A stretch of 64,000 nucleotides of DNA from Euglena gracilis (taxonomy: Eukaryota), in contig CP154954.1 in NCBI GenBank assembly GCA_039621445.1, positions 23,262,954 to 23,326,953 of the forward strand. The letters run 5' to 3'. The notes below the pieces were generated by a model. The model was not told where the DNA came from. It saw only the letters and a program-made list of their open reading frames with translations, and did not search any database. Positions 12,051-24,008 of the stretch are shown here, in pieces. Within the stretch, counting starts at the first letter, position 1. Every line of letters begins with the position of its first letter. The position numbers and the translations under genes are program-made.

Positions 12051-12815
12051 AAAATTGAACGCATTCCAGATGCGGTTCGCGAAAACTGTCGTGGTTTCAG
12101 TCCTGTGGAGGGCTGAAACACAGTTTACCGAGCCACATCGGTAATACGTTATATCCGAAGACACTTTATCAGGCATTATACCAGGTGTATCAGGTGTATT
12201 GTGTAGAGGACAATTGTCGTTGGCATTCTGCCACTTGTATGCAGGGACATTGGAGGGGTTGGTATTCTGCCATTCGGGGTCAGAAAGATTGGCTTTCTGC
12301 CATTGGAGGTCCTGTTGTGCGATTCTCGCGATTCCAAACAGGGACGCGATTCCGCGTTTGTTCAATTGTCGATGTACTTCAACACACAACGGGTAGCAAC
12401 CCGGTGTGTTGTGTTCTCGTTCAGCGGTCAGGGTAAACTCGGTACCGGTCCCGGTGCCAAGTGTACTCTGGTTGTTGTGTAAAGCGATTAGTTTGGAAGG
12501 TTCAACAATACGTCCACAGTCGAAATCAGGTTGTGCGGAAATTCTCCGGCAATGTGCGCATTGGTAGGAAGTGTCGGTCTGGTAGTGCATGTCAGTCTTG
12601 TGTAGTGTGTGCATGGGGGTGTTGGAAGTTGTAGCTGCTGGGGGGTGTACAGGGGTGTCCGAAATCGACACACCTGATGGAGAACGTAGAAGGTGTGCAG
12701 ATGGGCGGCTACTCGACACCGAAATTTCTTCAGGCCTTTGGGGTTTCGCCTTGGAACCCAGTGAAACGTGGGGGGTTAAGCTACTCGCTTTCCCTACCGC
12801 ATGGGAAACGTGCGG

Positions 12816-13430
12816 TTAAAGTGCAGTGGGCAGGAGGGCAGCTTTCTCTTTACCCCTAGGGTAGGAAACGGTGTTTTCGGTTGTAGAAAACGTTGTGGCA
12901 AGGCGGGGTGACATCTGGGAAGATGTCTTGGGGGAGAAATTCGGTGGTGTGGGTTGTGTGCGTGAAGTAGTGCGCAAACCGAGGGAGGGGCAATCCACAA
13001 TAAGGCGGTTCTGACGCAAGAACGAAAAACTAAAAATTACGTCAGAGCCGCGAATACCCGATTCGTAACTCCAGGTACCCAGAAAATTTTGTGTGTGTGG
13101 GGGCTGTGAGTGGTTCTTGGGGATGATGGGGAGGAGTATGTCCAAAAAGCATCCCAAGTCACCACCACACATGGGGCTGTTGTCAGCAGTCATAATTTTA
13201 GTGGGGTACTTGGCTTTCACCAAGAGGGAGTTGGGAATTAATCCCGTTCGGAAAAGAAGGGGGATTCGACACCCTGTGTCGACCAAAATTTTGCATTTGG
13301 CAGAAAAATTTTGTGTTCGGATTTCCGCTTGGACCAAAAGTTCCATGGGGGGTACGCAAAGTGCAGGATCCGGTGTAAAATTGTTGTGTCTCCAACTATT
13401 CCAGGATCCCGTTCCTACTTTGCTCAGCAT
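12816..13430 (-). CDS. Retropepsin aspartic protease
   Basis: KILVDTGC active-site motif and later GSDVIFSFSFL, between gag and RT. Confidence 0.85.
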   Translation of the reverse strand: MLSKVGTGSWNSWRHNNFTPDPALCVPPMELLVQAEIRTQNFSAKCKILVDTGCRIPLLFRTGLIPNSLLVKAKYPTKIMTADNSPMCGGDLGCFLDILLPIIPKNHSQPPHTQNFLGTWSYESGIRGSDVIFSFSFLRQNRLIVDCPSLGLRTTSRTQPTPPNFSPKTSSQMSPRLATTFSTTENTVSYPRGKEKAALLPTAL

Positions 13431-13582
13431 TCCAGGCAGAAATTTGGAGTGGGGAGTGGGGTCCCGAAAATTTTCCGGGTACCGACCAAAAAGGCAGATG
13501 GGCAGGGAAAGTAAGGTTGATCAGGTCCTACTTCCGTCTGTTCATCAGCCCAGAGGTCCGTGCCCACAGACCTCGGGCTCCC

Positions 13583-15916
13583 CTACTCCAAGTCCGATTC
13601 AGCACTTCGGCTGTTTATCGTTTTCTTGTGTGAGTAGATAGCGCGCAATGCGCGGACCGCATTGCGGTCATCCTCCAACGAGGATTCGGAGTTATCATCC
13701 CCCTCCCTGCCCGAAGCCGGGGTTCCCTCCTCTAAAGAGGAGATTTTGAACCCGACCTTGTGTTTGTTGTTGTGTTTTGTATCATTGTAGTGACGTTGGT
13801 TCGGGCGGGGAGAGCAAGAACGATAACATTTGGACGAATGGTGGTTATGTGATCCACAAAGGGAACACTTTTGTCGGTTTTGTGATTTTTGTCGGTTTTG
13901 TGATGGGCTTTCACCCCTTGGAGGTCTTGGTGAACGGAATCCCGTTCGACCACGGTTCTTGTTGTAATCCGGTTTCCCGGATGACGATCGCGAAGAAGAT
14001 GATCCACTTCGCGAACGTGATCGCGATGAGTCGCGATTTGTATCACGCTTGTAAGGGGGTCGGGGTGATCGACCACGAGGTGCGCGATCGCGTCCGCGGT
14101 CGCGGAACGGTGATCGGGACCTTTGGCGATAACCCGATGATTGTGATTGTCCAGATTTGTGTAAAAACCCAGAGGAGCGTGAGCTCCGCGAGGATTGTGA
14201 ACCCCTTGGACTTTGATACCGCTTTCGCGTATCAGGGTGGGGGCAGTCACGGGACGTATGCCCCGCTTTGTTGCACAAAAAGCAAGTTTTGTCAGAAGAT
14301 TGGTCAGATGAGCGCGGATAGCGCGTTTTTGTATCTCCTCTTGGGGAATTTGTATGTTTACCGTATCCCCGTGGGGATTTTGGAGATTTTGGAGAAGAAG
14401 TATTTTGTAGGGCACTTACCGTACCGCTAGGGAGACCAGCGGTAGGGTGGTGTGTGTAAGCCGATTGTATCTGTCCCAAAAGTTGTGAGAGTTTCATTTG
14501 TTTGGAAACATAGTTCCATCGTTGTTCAAGTGTGAGTTTGTTGTCCGCGAGTTCCTCGCGGTGGATGTCCTTGATAATTGTAGGAATGAAATGGAGGAGA
14601 ACCGCATCGAATTGTTCTTTCATTTGGTTCTCTCCCAGTTCATCAACCTCAGAAGCCAATCCCAACCATTTGGAATACCAAAGGTCGATGGACTTCCATT
14701 TTCGGTCACTGGGCGCGAATTGCCGCCATTTTTTCTCCAGCGTAATTCGCGAAATGAGGCTTGAACAGGTTGACGCATATTGGTCAACCAGTCAATCAAA
14801 AGTTATCCGATTCCGGATCACAAGTTGTCGGGCGCGTTCTTTTTCTTCCTTGGGGAGGCAATCAATGAATTCCATCTTGATTACCTCAGGGTTCCCATCC
14901 TGGGTTGGACCCTTCAAGTCCCAGTAGTATGTCCAGTCGCGCCAAAATTGTTTCCAAGTTGTGGGATCTCCGTCCCATTGTGGCTTTACCTTGTTGGCAA
15001 TTGTAATTGTACCTTTGAAATCGCGCTGTGGACCGCGATTTCCATCGTAATTGTTGGGATAAGGTTGTTGTTGTGGCATGCGCGAATGCGCATCCATGAA
15101 TGTACTCATGGTACCGTAGGTACCATGGGTATTTGGTACATCGCAATTCCGCGAATTGTATGGTTGTGGTTCGCGATTCCGCGATTCGGATTGTAAAGGG
15201 TCGCGATTCCGCGATTCGGGGTGTGGCAACATACCAGGGGGGTAGGAATCCCGTTGTTCACCCGCAAATCGGGGAACCGCGGTAAATTCCGTGTTTCGCA
15301 TTCGCGATCCATGGGCAATACCCGGGGTAGGGGTATGGCTCATACCGCGAATCAGTCCCGATTCGCGAATTTCCTGTTGTAAAACCGGAGGATTCGCGGT
15401 TTTTGTGGTAAAAACCGGTTCCTCATCCGAAGATTCACCCTTAGGGAAGGGAATCTTGAGTTGTGGAATAAACGGGCGATTGTAATCGCGATTGTAGGCA
15501 TGTTCATGATCATGTGCATCCGTGGATGCTTGTAGGGCATGCGCATCCGAAGATGCTTGTAGGGGTGCGCATACTGCGCTTTTGGAAGGATTGGCATCCA
15601 ACGAATCGCGAATTTGATGCACAAAGTCGCGAGTTGGATGTCGGGCATCCGAAGATGCTTCGGTTGATGCGCGAAAAGCGCGTTGTGAGCTGGAAGTTGC
15701 ATTTTGACCACCGAAAACACGGTTTTCAGGGGCAAAGTGCGGGGGGTTGCGGGATTTTGCATGAATCTCGTCCAAAGTCAATACAAAGTCTTGGATGAAT
15801 GAACCCCACTTGGAAAAGGTCCGAAATTCCTTCAACATCTCCATGCAAAAGATTAATTCGTTTGTGGTATAAGTGTAACTCATCCAAAAGTGGTAGTTTG
15901 TCAACAATGGAGGCAA
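13583..15916 (-). pseudogene. Gag core with CCHC zinc knuckles and an RS-rich region; frameshifted
   Basis: PQWDGDPTTWKQFWRDW capsid-like motif, CFLCNKAGHTSRDC and CSLCGSHNHHSSKC. Confidence 0.88.
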
Positions 15917-18380
15917 AAACCGCTGAAAGCTTTGGAAAAGTGGTGTCCAAGAATTGGACCCGCTTAACCAAAGTTTCCATTGCGGTTGTAAGGGTGTTCA
16001 ACCGATTCTCGGTTTGTGGGGTTGTGGTACCCAACGTGGGTTGGAGTACCCCTACCGCATTTTCAGCGGTTTTGTCATCCATCATTGTAGAAAGTCGGTT
16101 CTCCAACACCGAAATTTGTTGTTTTAGTGTGAGAACTTGTTGGGTGACCGAATTTTCGGTCCTCATCAAGGTTTCACAAAATTCTTGTAAGTTTTCCTGA
16201 TTTTTCGCAAGCATTTGGTCGTAAAATGTGCGAAAATCAAGGGGTAGTTCGACTTCGCGAACCGTTTGTCCATCCGAGGATGGTTGGAGTCCGGAGACCC
16301 TTGTAGAAAGTGTTTGTACGCGTTTTTGTAAATGGGAAGTGGTGGATTGTAAGGTTTTGTGTTGGGTATTCAAATCCGCAAGTGCGGTTTCAATGCCGGT
16401 GATATCCGGAATTGATTTTTGAATACCGTTGCACCGTTTGTGCAAATCCGCAAACGCGGATTCGATTTTGTTCACATCCGCTTGTAACTGATTGTGCAAA
16501 TCGGTTACAGTGGATCGTAATGCTCCCATACTGGGATTTTTGGTGGAAGTTTCCGCAAAGCGGCGTTGTAAGTCCCGAATTGCAGTTTGTAGTCCCGAAA
16601 CATCCGCAAAAGCGGTTTTCAGGTCTGCAAACGCAATTTGGAGGTCCGCATTCGCGGTTTGGATGGTAGTTATGACCGTTTCTCGGTCTTGGAGTTCCGC
16701 ATTCGCGGTTTGTAAGCTAAGAATCACCGCATCGCGGGATTGGAGTTCCGCCGTAGCGGTTTGTAGCGCATTGGACGCAGTTTCAAGTTTTTGTATGTCG
16801 TTTTGCCACTTTTCATGGAGGAAATCTTGCCGATGCGCGATTTCCGCCACTTGAGTGTGCAATGTGGTCAAATTGTGGGAAACTTCACCGCATTTGCAGG
16901 AAGTTTGTTCCAAACGAGCAATCCGCTCTTCCAGTTGTTGAGCAAAAGCTCTTTGTACATAGTTTTCGCGTATTTGTGCAAAATTTTGATGAAAACTTGC
17001 GTTTTCATCACCCAAACGCAAAATGCGTTCCTGGGATTGTTGTACAACATTGGATAGGGTTGAGAAGTGCTCATATGAGACATATGAGCCAAGTTCCGCA
17101 CCCGTAGGCGCTTGATCCCGTTGTTGTATGCGGGACTGCATTTCTTGCATTGTATAAGAAAAGTTTTCCATTTGTGTGAACAGTTGTTGTAGATTTTGTT
17201 GTAAATGCGACAATTCTTTACGATTCCGCGATTCCGCGGTTTGGAAGGTCTCTTGTACCTGTTGGAAGTTTTGTACCAAGGTGTCGCGCAAAAATGCGTC
17301 AAAACCTTGGTGGAGGTTCTGAAGGTCCATTGTAGTGGAGTTGAAATTCTTTTGGCAAAATTGTCCAAATTCTTGGATGTATTGCCAAAAGAAGTCCAGT
17401 TTGCCGAAAACGGCTTTGTGACTGTCTTCATCAAATTGTAGGACTTGGTTCAGTGTTTTAGCGCAATTTTGGACACATGCTTCGATGTGTCGAAATTGCT
17501 GTTGTAATGGGTGGCTCTCCGGTAAATTTGCGACTACGCGCTCAATGGTGTTACTGGAGAACGAATCCCGGTCTTCCTCGGGGTCATTGTCCATGGGAAC
17601 AATGACACCGGCAGTGTCCGGGACCACCAACCGCATTTCAGCGGACCAAGGTAGTTCTGGGATTTCTCCCAATTGTGGAGGGGGGGGCAAGTCCCTAATG
17701 GGGCTTACCGGTGGTAGGGCAGGGGGGGGGTTGGAAAAAACAAGGTGTTTCCAACCCGTCCTCGTAAGAGGGGGGCTCTGTTGGCAATTGGGTGCCAAAA
17801 GGCACTAATTGCCAACCCCGTTCGGGCATACTGCCCTCTTGTGAGTCATACTCCGCAAAAGCGGAGGGGGTCCGTAGACCCATTGTAGGATGGTGTTTTA
17901 CCGCAAATGCGGTTGTTGTAAAGTTTGGTCCGCAAATGCGGGTTGGGTCCGTAGACCCTTGGAGGGGGGGGGTACCGCCGTAGCGGCTTGGGTCCGTAGA
18001 CCCTTGGGGGGTACCGCCGTAGCGGCTTGGGTCCGAAGACCCTTGGAGGGGGGGGGTACCGCCGTAGCGGCTTGTAGGGGGGGCACCGCCAATGCGGTTG
18101 TGGTTCGAAAACCTCGTTGTGGGGGGGGGGGTGCCACCGAAGCGGCTTGGGCATCCGCCCCTTGTATAGAAAAATTTTCCACCGCAGAAGCGGCATGGGC
18201 ATTCGCCCCTTGTGAAGGAAAATTTTCTGCCGCAAAAGCGGTTTGGGCCTCCGCCCCTTGTGAAGAAAAATTTTCTGTCGCCGTAGCGACTTCGTCTGCA
18301 TTGTATATTCCTCGAAGCGAACCTATTAACAAAGCGTAGTTAATAGGTGCGTTTCCATTGTTTGTATTTGCGCTTTGCAT
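15726..18380 (-). CDS. Long coiled-coil N-terminal extension of Gag (or separate ORF0), with N-terminal Pro/Ala tandem repeats
   Basis: 690-aa ORF with heptad repeats (LQTATAELQ...LQTANAELQ...IQTANADLQ), overlapping the gag frame. The upstream ORF 17898-18380 is the first after the PBS. Confidence 0.7.
17865..18290. repeat. Imperfect ~40-60 bp tandem repeats inside the first ORF
   Basis: Repeated ggtccgtagacccttgg...gtaccgccgtagcggcttg, and gccccttgt..gaaaaattttc. Confidence 0.8.
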
Positions 18381-18589
18381 ATTTGATGAAAAGTTGGGAA
18401 AATTTTTGTGAAAATCGGGAAAATTATAAAAATTGTAAAAATTTGTGTAAAATGCCCAAAAAGATAAGCAAAGGTGGGGGCTCAGAGACTTTGTGATGCA
18501 GCCGTAGCCACTTGTGCCCCTGAGACACCTCGCCCGTGCTTAGGCGCCTTTTCTGAGTTTTTGTGTGGTCGTACGACCGTTAAACCTAA

Positions 18590-18599
18590 TCTGCTACCA
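18590..18599 (-). promoter_or_regulatory. Primer-binding site complementary to the 3' end of initiator tRNA-Met
   Basis: TGGTAGCAGA 2 nt after the 5' LTR, complementary to ...UCUGCUACCA. Confidence 0.85.
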
Positions 18600-18601
18600 A
18601 G

Positions 18602-19030
18602 TGTACGTCCCACCCCGGCTTTTCTACTTAAGGTTTTCCCCTGAAAAGCCCGTGGGGGGAGTAACAATAAAATTTGCTTCCCTTTTCCCCTTTTGAATGC
18701 AAAGCACACAAGTAGAAGAATTGGTGGGACCGCAGTCCCTTATGATTGTGACTTTTGCTCTTTCGAGCTTTGTAAAAGAAAGAAAGAAAACTTCTATTCA
18801 AATGGGACTTCGCCCTCAGAATTCTAAAACAGAATTGCAAAGCACCAAACCCTGTAACCTTGAATTAGGAACCAGAGGCTTTCGTTAAGCTTTCGCTATC
18901 TCTGAGATTCTCTCTTTGTCTTATGGTTTTAACCATGCCACTGTGTACGGCCCGGCCGTAGCCAGGTTGTAGGCCGTAGCCCCTTGTATCTGGTACACAG
19001 TGCCATGGCAGAATGGCTGCCTGGTACACA
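18602..19030 (-). repeat. 5' LTR (429 bp; ~60 bp longer than the 3' LTR)
   Basis: Direct repeat of 1449-1817 with an extra block at about 18828-18888. Confidence 0.93.
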
Positions 19031-19706
19031 GTTTTCCAACATATCTTCTGCATGATCCACAATTGCTTTAAAATCTTCCTCTTGCCTCTTCTCTGGAGAA
19101 AGAATGAATGTCAGTGATAAACAGAAGGAATATGGTACCTTGCTCCAAACTTTTTTTTGTCCTTTTGCACCAGAGATGGAACGGTGGTGGGGCGAACCGA
19201 ATCCACCGACCAGTGGCACAGCCTACTGGATTTGAAGAGTTCAGGGGAGTAAGGCTATGTACAGAGGCAACCGTTTGTGCACGCTGGTGAAGGGAGGGAA
19301 GGTAAAAGGGGCGAGCAAAGAGAACAGTATAAGGCGCGAGGTGAGGCCGCTGTTGATCAGCTTCCGGAGTTCTTCGTCCACGTGAGTCAGAGTGGTTGGG
19401 CAGGCAATGGGGAGGTGGCAGGGCTCGGTGCCGTTTAAGGTCTGGGTGTTGATGACGGGTGGGCCGGTGATTCCGGCTTCAGCTGTCTTTCACGCCCTGC
19501 GGCTCCTCGGGGGCGTCGTTGCAGCTCCGACGTGCTGCATTGGTTCTTGGTTGTTGCAGGGGGCATTCCTTATATATCATGGCATGGTCCCGATTCGCTG
19601 CCCCCTTGGCTGTGCGTGGCGGGCCGTTTCCGGGCCTCCGCTAGTTCAGGAAGCACCGCCGGAGGCGGAGGGGTTGCTTCGGGATAGTGGAGCCCGAAGG
19701 GGTAGC

Positions 19707-22700
19707 TCATGTGCTGTATGGGTGGTGAGTGTCCATGCCACCTCCTTCGTTGAGGTCGTCAGGGCATTGGCCCCACACGAGCTGTTTCGCCAGTTCTCTG
19801 GCAAGGGCCATGCTGAGGCCCTGCCAGCACTTTGCCTCCGCTGCTCGCCTCTCCCATGCGTCATGTTGTCCCGCAAGCAAGTGAACACAGTTTCCAACAA
19901 AGGCAAGCGCTGCCTCCCCCATTCCTCCGTAGCAATCGAGGACAAAGGGGATGAACGTCCACCCTCTGCGCTTACAACCGTCTCCATACTTTTTGATTTT
20001 GTCTTCCTCCTGGCTCTCATGCCATTTCCCAAGGTCTTCCAATCCTGGCCGTACGCGGGAAGGTGCAAGGGGGTGGCGAACGGTCACATCGATTGCCGCC
20101 GGACCGTTTGCATCATATCGCATCACAAATACGTCGCCCGGGCGGGAACCATCAGGGGCACTCTCCTCTCTTCTGGCCGGGAAACCTGCCTTTTGGGCCA
20201 GCCCAAGGATGTAGGACTGCACCGCCCCGTGTCGCCGAACAATGTTGTTCCGGTGGCAACAAACGAGGTGATGGCCTCTTGCGTCCAAGGGGTTGTGGCA
20301 CCGAGGGCACCCGGGACAGGCATCTGAAGGCGAAACAACCGGAGCACCCAGGGACCATTGCATCAGGGCCTGGAATTCCCTTGTTGGTATGAGCGTCCTT
20401 GTGGCGGCTGACGGCGTAACGGAGGCCCAAGCCATAGCATGTGGCTTCATCTGACATGCCATTTTCAGTTTATCGCTACCCGTGAGTGAGTTGTACAGAG
20501 CTTGCTGTCGGGCCTTTGCACACTGTTGTCCCCAGAATTTCTGTGCCGTCATTTCTTGAGGCAGCATCTCCGGACTTTTTGGGTCCTCAACAAAGGCCTT
20601 TGCAATCGGTGGGAGCTCACATAGACCCTTGATGGCCTCCACCTGGGCGGTAAATTCCGAAGGTAGGGGGTTCATCCCACAGATGGGTGGCAAGTCGAGG
20701 ACGCGGTCGCCGCGAACAAGAAAGTCAAGTGTGGCGGCCCACCTGGCGATCGGGCGCTCCGTGGTAGGGTCCCGGGTGCCCAACCCACCCAACCGGACAG
20801 GCAAGGTGGCCTGGCGCCACTGGTCCTCTTCCAGCGGCCGCCCGACAATGATGCTGGCGGTATTCCGTAGGGTTTTGCTTAGCAGCGTGCACTGCATGGT
20901 TGCAAGGCCAATTGGAGTAGTCCTCAACAGGTCGTTAACCTTGCACGCGTCCAGACACAGCCTTAGAATGGTGAACTGGATGTGCGCAGAAGGCACCTTC
21001 TGCAAGGCTGAACACGCCTTCATAGCTTCTTCGCACCGCCCAAACCACACACGTTCGGCAAATGTCCCGTCCTCCGGATGGCAAATTGGAACCCCGAGGG
21101 ACTTGATTCCGGAACCAGGAATGTATGGAGTTACGGGGATGCGTTGCAATACACTTGTCCCCTCCAGGAAGAGAAAACGGTCGGGTTGGAAGGCTGGCCC
21201 CCAAAGGGTGCATTTGTTGATATTCAGGTCAACACCAATGGGTGGTCCCTTTTCAAGGACCAAATGTACAACCTCCTCCAGCTGGCGTGTAGTCCCCATG
21301 ATGTGGGCATCGTCCAGGTACCAGGCCTGCCATCCGCAAACGCCATGGATTTCCTCCACCAGACTCTGAATTGCCATGGCAAAGGCAGCCGGTCCACAAG
21401 GATCGCCTTGCTGAACCCCCGACTGGCTTCGGAGGGATGTGTCGCTCAAGAAGAGGCTCGAGTGTTCTGCATAACAGGTCTCCAGCCACGTCACCATTTC
21501 TGGACATCGTTCTCGTGCTGCTTCGAGAAGGTTATCCCTCCGGATCCGGTTGAATGCGTTCCTGAAGTCCAATTGCAAGACTCCCCAGTCACGAGAGCCT
21601 CCATGATGGAGGCTGGTCACGAGGTGTTGGAGGCCCATGCCGATCAGGCCACAGGCGTCAGGACAACCCACCCCAAAACTGCCCGGGCATCCCACCTTGG
21701 GTAAACTTTCGCACGGCAGGTTGGCGCATCAGCACCTTGCCCACCAGTCGGCGCAAGCATTCTCCAGAAGCAATGGGCCGAGTCCCTTCTTGTGCGGGAT
21801 CCTGCCCATTGGGTGTGAGGTTCCCAGCGTCATCCACTGTCGTGGCCGGTTTGACCTTTCGCAGCGCCGTGAGGCGTGCCGATGTGAGGATTTCAGCCAC
21901 ACCAGCGGGCCATCCCGTGTTGATGCAGCAGAAGACGAAGGTCATGAGGCCCTCAAGCAGTGTCTCGGCCTGTCCCCCAGCTTCCCTGCTAAGCATGTCC
22001 TTAATGTGGTCCGGCTTTAGGCCCGATGGCCCTGCTGCCGATTCTTTTCCGAAACTGAACGCGGACCATGGAAAGCCTGTCCCTCCTCTCGTTCTCGTCT
22101 CCAGGTGGCGGAAACATAACCCGTTTATCCGTGGGGCCCCGGCCAGGTGGTTCCTCAGCCGGGTGAAGATCGTTCAACCGTTGGCGCACAACGGGGTGTT
22201 TGTCATCTTGCACGCCGTCCGAAGTCAGGACCTGGCATGCCTTGCCAACGGCACCCTTGCTCACCAAACGTTCAAGGCGGCGTACGAATGCTTCTTCTTG
22301 CACTTCTTGCTCACGTCGGGCTTGGCCCCTGGTGCGAACAGGTTGACCCATTTGGGGTAAGCGGGCAGAGTCCTTCCAACTGTCTGCCACCGTTCGTTTT
22401 AGATAAGCTTCCGCTCTGCCGCGGATGGCCCTTCCCAACCGGGCCCAATGGCCGCGTCCACCCTTTCCCAAAGGTGCCAACACAGCCTTGGGGAAAGCCC
22501 ACAGGCCATGTAATGTTTCCCAGGTGGGCCTCTCGTTGAACGCCCGGAGAAGGCAGGAGTACACGTCACAGACCGCGGGAAGGGCTCCCTTTGGTATGGT
22601 GGAAACAGTGCCCCTTGGATCCGAGGATATTTCCATCCACGACGGGGAGAGATCCGGGCACGGGGATTGAAGGGCAGTGCCAGTTTTCATGCCGGGTAGA

Positions 22701-23100
22701 TATTGAACCCCCATTTCAACGTCGTCCACCCCATGCAACGCACTGGGTCCTCTTGTGGGCCCTGGGCTATTTGTAGCGGGGAGCGTGGCCTCCAGCGGTG
22801 GCCGGCTGATGAGCCGTTGCAACAGGTCTTGAAGCTCCCTGGCATCTTGTGAGGAAGGGGATACTTGCGGCGGGGGCTGCAACGGAGGCATGGTTGTCGC
22901 CATGAGGAAGCCAATTGTACGCTCTGTGTTTTGTTCAAAGTCAAACAGCATTGGCACCAAGGTGTTGTTCGCTTCAGGGAAGGTTGGTGGACCCGGGCCT
23001 GGGTTTGATTCGACATCCCCTGATGTCAGCAGGCTGTCCCCTCTGCCGGTCCGAGGGTGAGCGGAGGCATGGAGCTTGCGGGGAAGGCCGTTCCGCTTCC
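19707..23100 (-). pseudogene. CRE polyprotein: 2A motif, N-terminal region, RT, CCHC finger, restriction-like endonuclease; frameshifts near 22050 and 21680
   Basis: GTRPIASGECLRRLVGK, LDFRNAFN, GVQQGDP, WYLDD, CPRC...HHLVCC, RRHGAV, RPGD, AIDVTV, E.DKIKKY, FIPFVLDCYG. Confidence 0.92.
22994..23040 (-). other. 2A/StopGo ribosome-skipping motif LLTSGDVESNPG|P
   Basis: Exact match to the D(V/I)ExNPGP consensus, in frame in ORF 22001-23701. Confidence 0.88.
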
Positions 23101-23129
23101 CAAAAGGTCCAAGGATTTGACAAATGCCC

Positions 23130-24008
23130 GTTCTGCCGGCTCCACCACGTCCATCCGAGAGGATAATTGAACTCAGCGACCTCAAAAACCCTGTGCCTGG
23201 CCGCTTTGCGTGGCTTGGAGAATCCGCCAATGCCCATTCTCCGCAGGGGTCGAGGAGCTTGAGGCTTCGCTCTCTACCAGGACGGTCTTGACGAATGCCG
23301 GCTCTGGCGGCTCCACCACGTCGGTGTGAGCGGATATTCGGACTCGGCGACCTCAAAAACCCCCCTGAGGGGACTCTCAGTGGGCTGTTCCGGGTGATTT
23401 TTGCGAAGAAATTGTAATGGCTGGTGCCCGGCGGAAATGGTTCCCGTACTCCCCGGTACGGGAAAATTACGCATGGCCGTTTCCGGCCTCCCGCCGCATT
23501 TCGGCGGGACGAGGACCGCTTTTTCGGGTCCGCCACCCTCGAAAACCTTCCTTGTGGGCATCTGAGCGGGCTCCGCCGGGTCGTCATTATGAAGCAACTG
23601 TGATGGCCGATGCCGGAGGGCACTGGTTCCCGTGTGCCACCAGGACGGTCTTGACGAATGCGGGCTCTGGCGGCTCCACCACACCACGTCGATTTGAGCA
23701 AATATTCGTACTCGGCGACCTCAAAAACCCCCGTGAGGGGCCTCTCAGTGGGGTCTGCCGGGTCATTTTGGCGAAGAACTTGTAATGGCTGGCGCCGTGC
23801 GGCTGTGGTTCATGTGCTCCACGGGACGAGAAAATTCAGCATGGCCGTTTCTGGCCTCCCGCCGCATTTCGGCGGGACGAGGACCGCTTTTTCGGGTCCG
23901 CCGCCCTCGAAAACCCCCCTTGTGGACATGTGAGCGGGCTCCACCGGGTCTTCTGAATGAAGCAACTGTGATGGCCGATACCGGAGGGCAGTAGTTCCCG
24001 TGTACCAC
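23130..24008. repeat. Two full ~365-bp tandem repeats plus a partial copy in the 5' region of the CRE element
   Basis: accaggacggtcttgacgaatgc at ~23276 and ~23639; gcgacctcaaaaaccc at ~23176, ~23347 and ~23715. Confidence 0.88.

Larger units (their letters stand above)
1449..19030 (-). mobile_element. Ty3/gypsy chromodomain-bearing LTR retrotransposon, 17.6 kb, with accessory ORFs; several frameshifts and stops
   Basis: Direct LTRs at both ends, PBS, PPT, and domain order gag-PR-(MTase)-RT-RH-IN-chromodomain. Confidence 0.95.

Noticed and set aside
13525-13550. CTGATGA on the minus strand as a hammerhead ribozyme core
   Set aside because: No stem II followed by GAAA, and no stem I/III arrangement.
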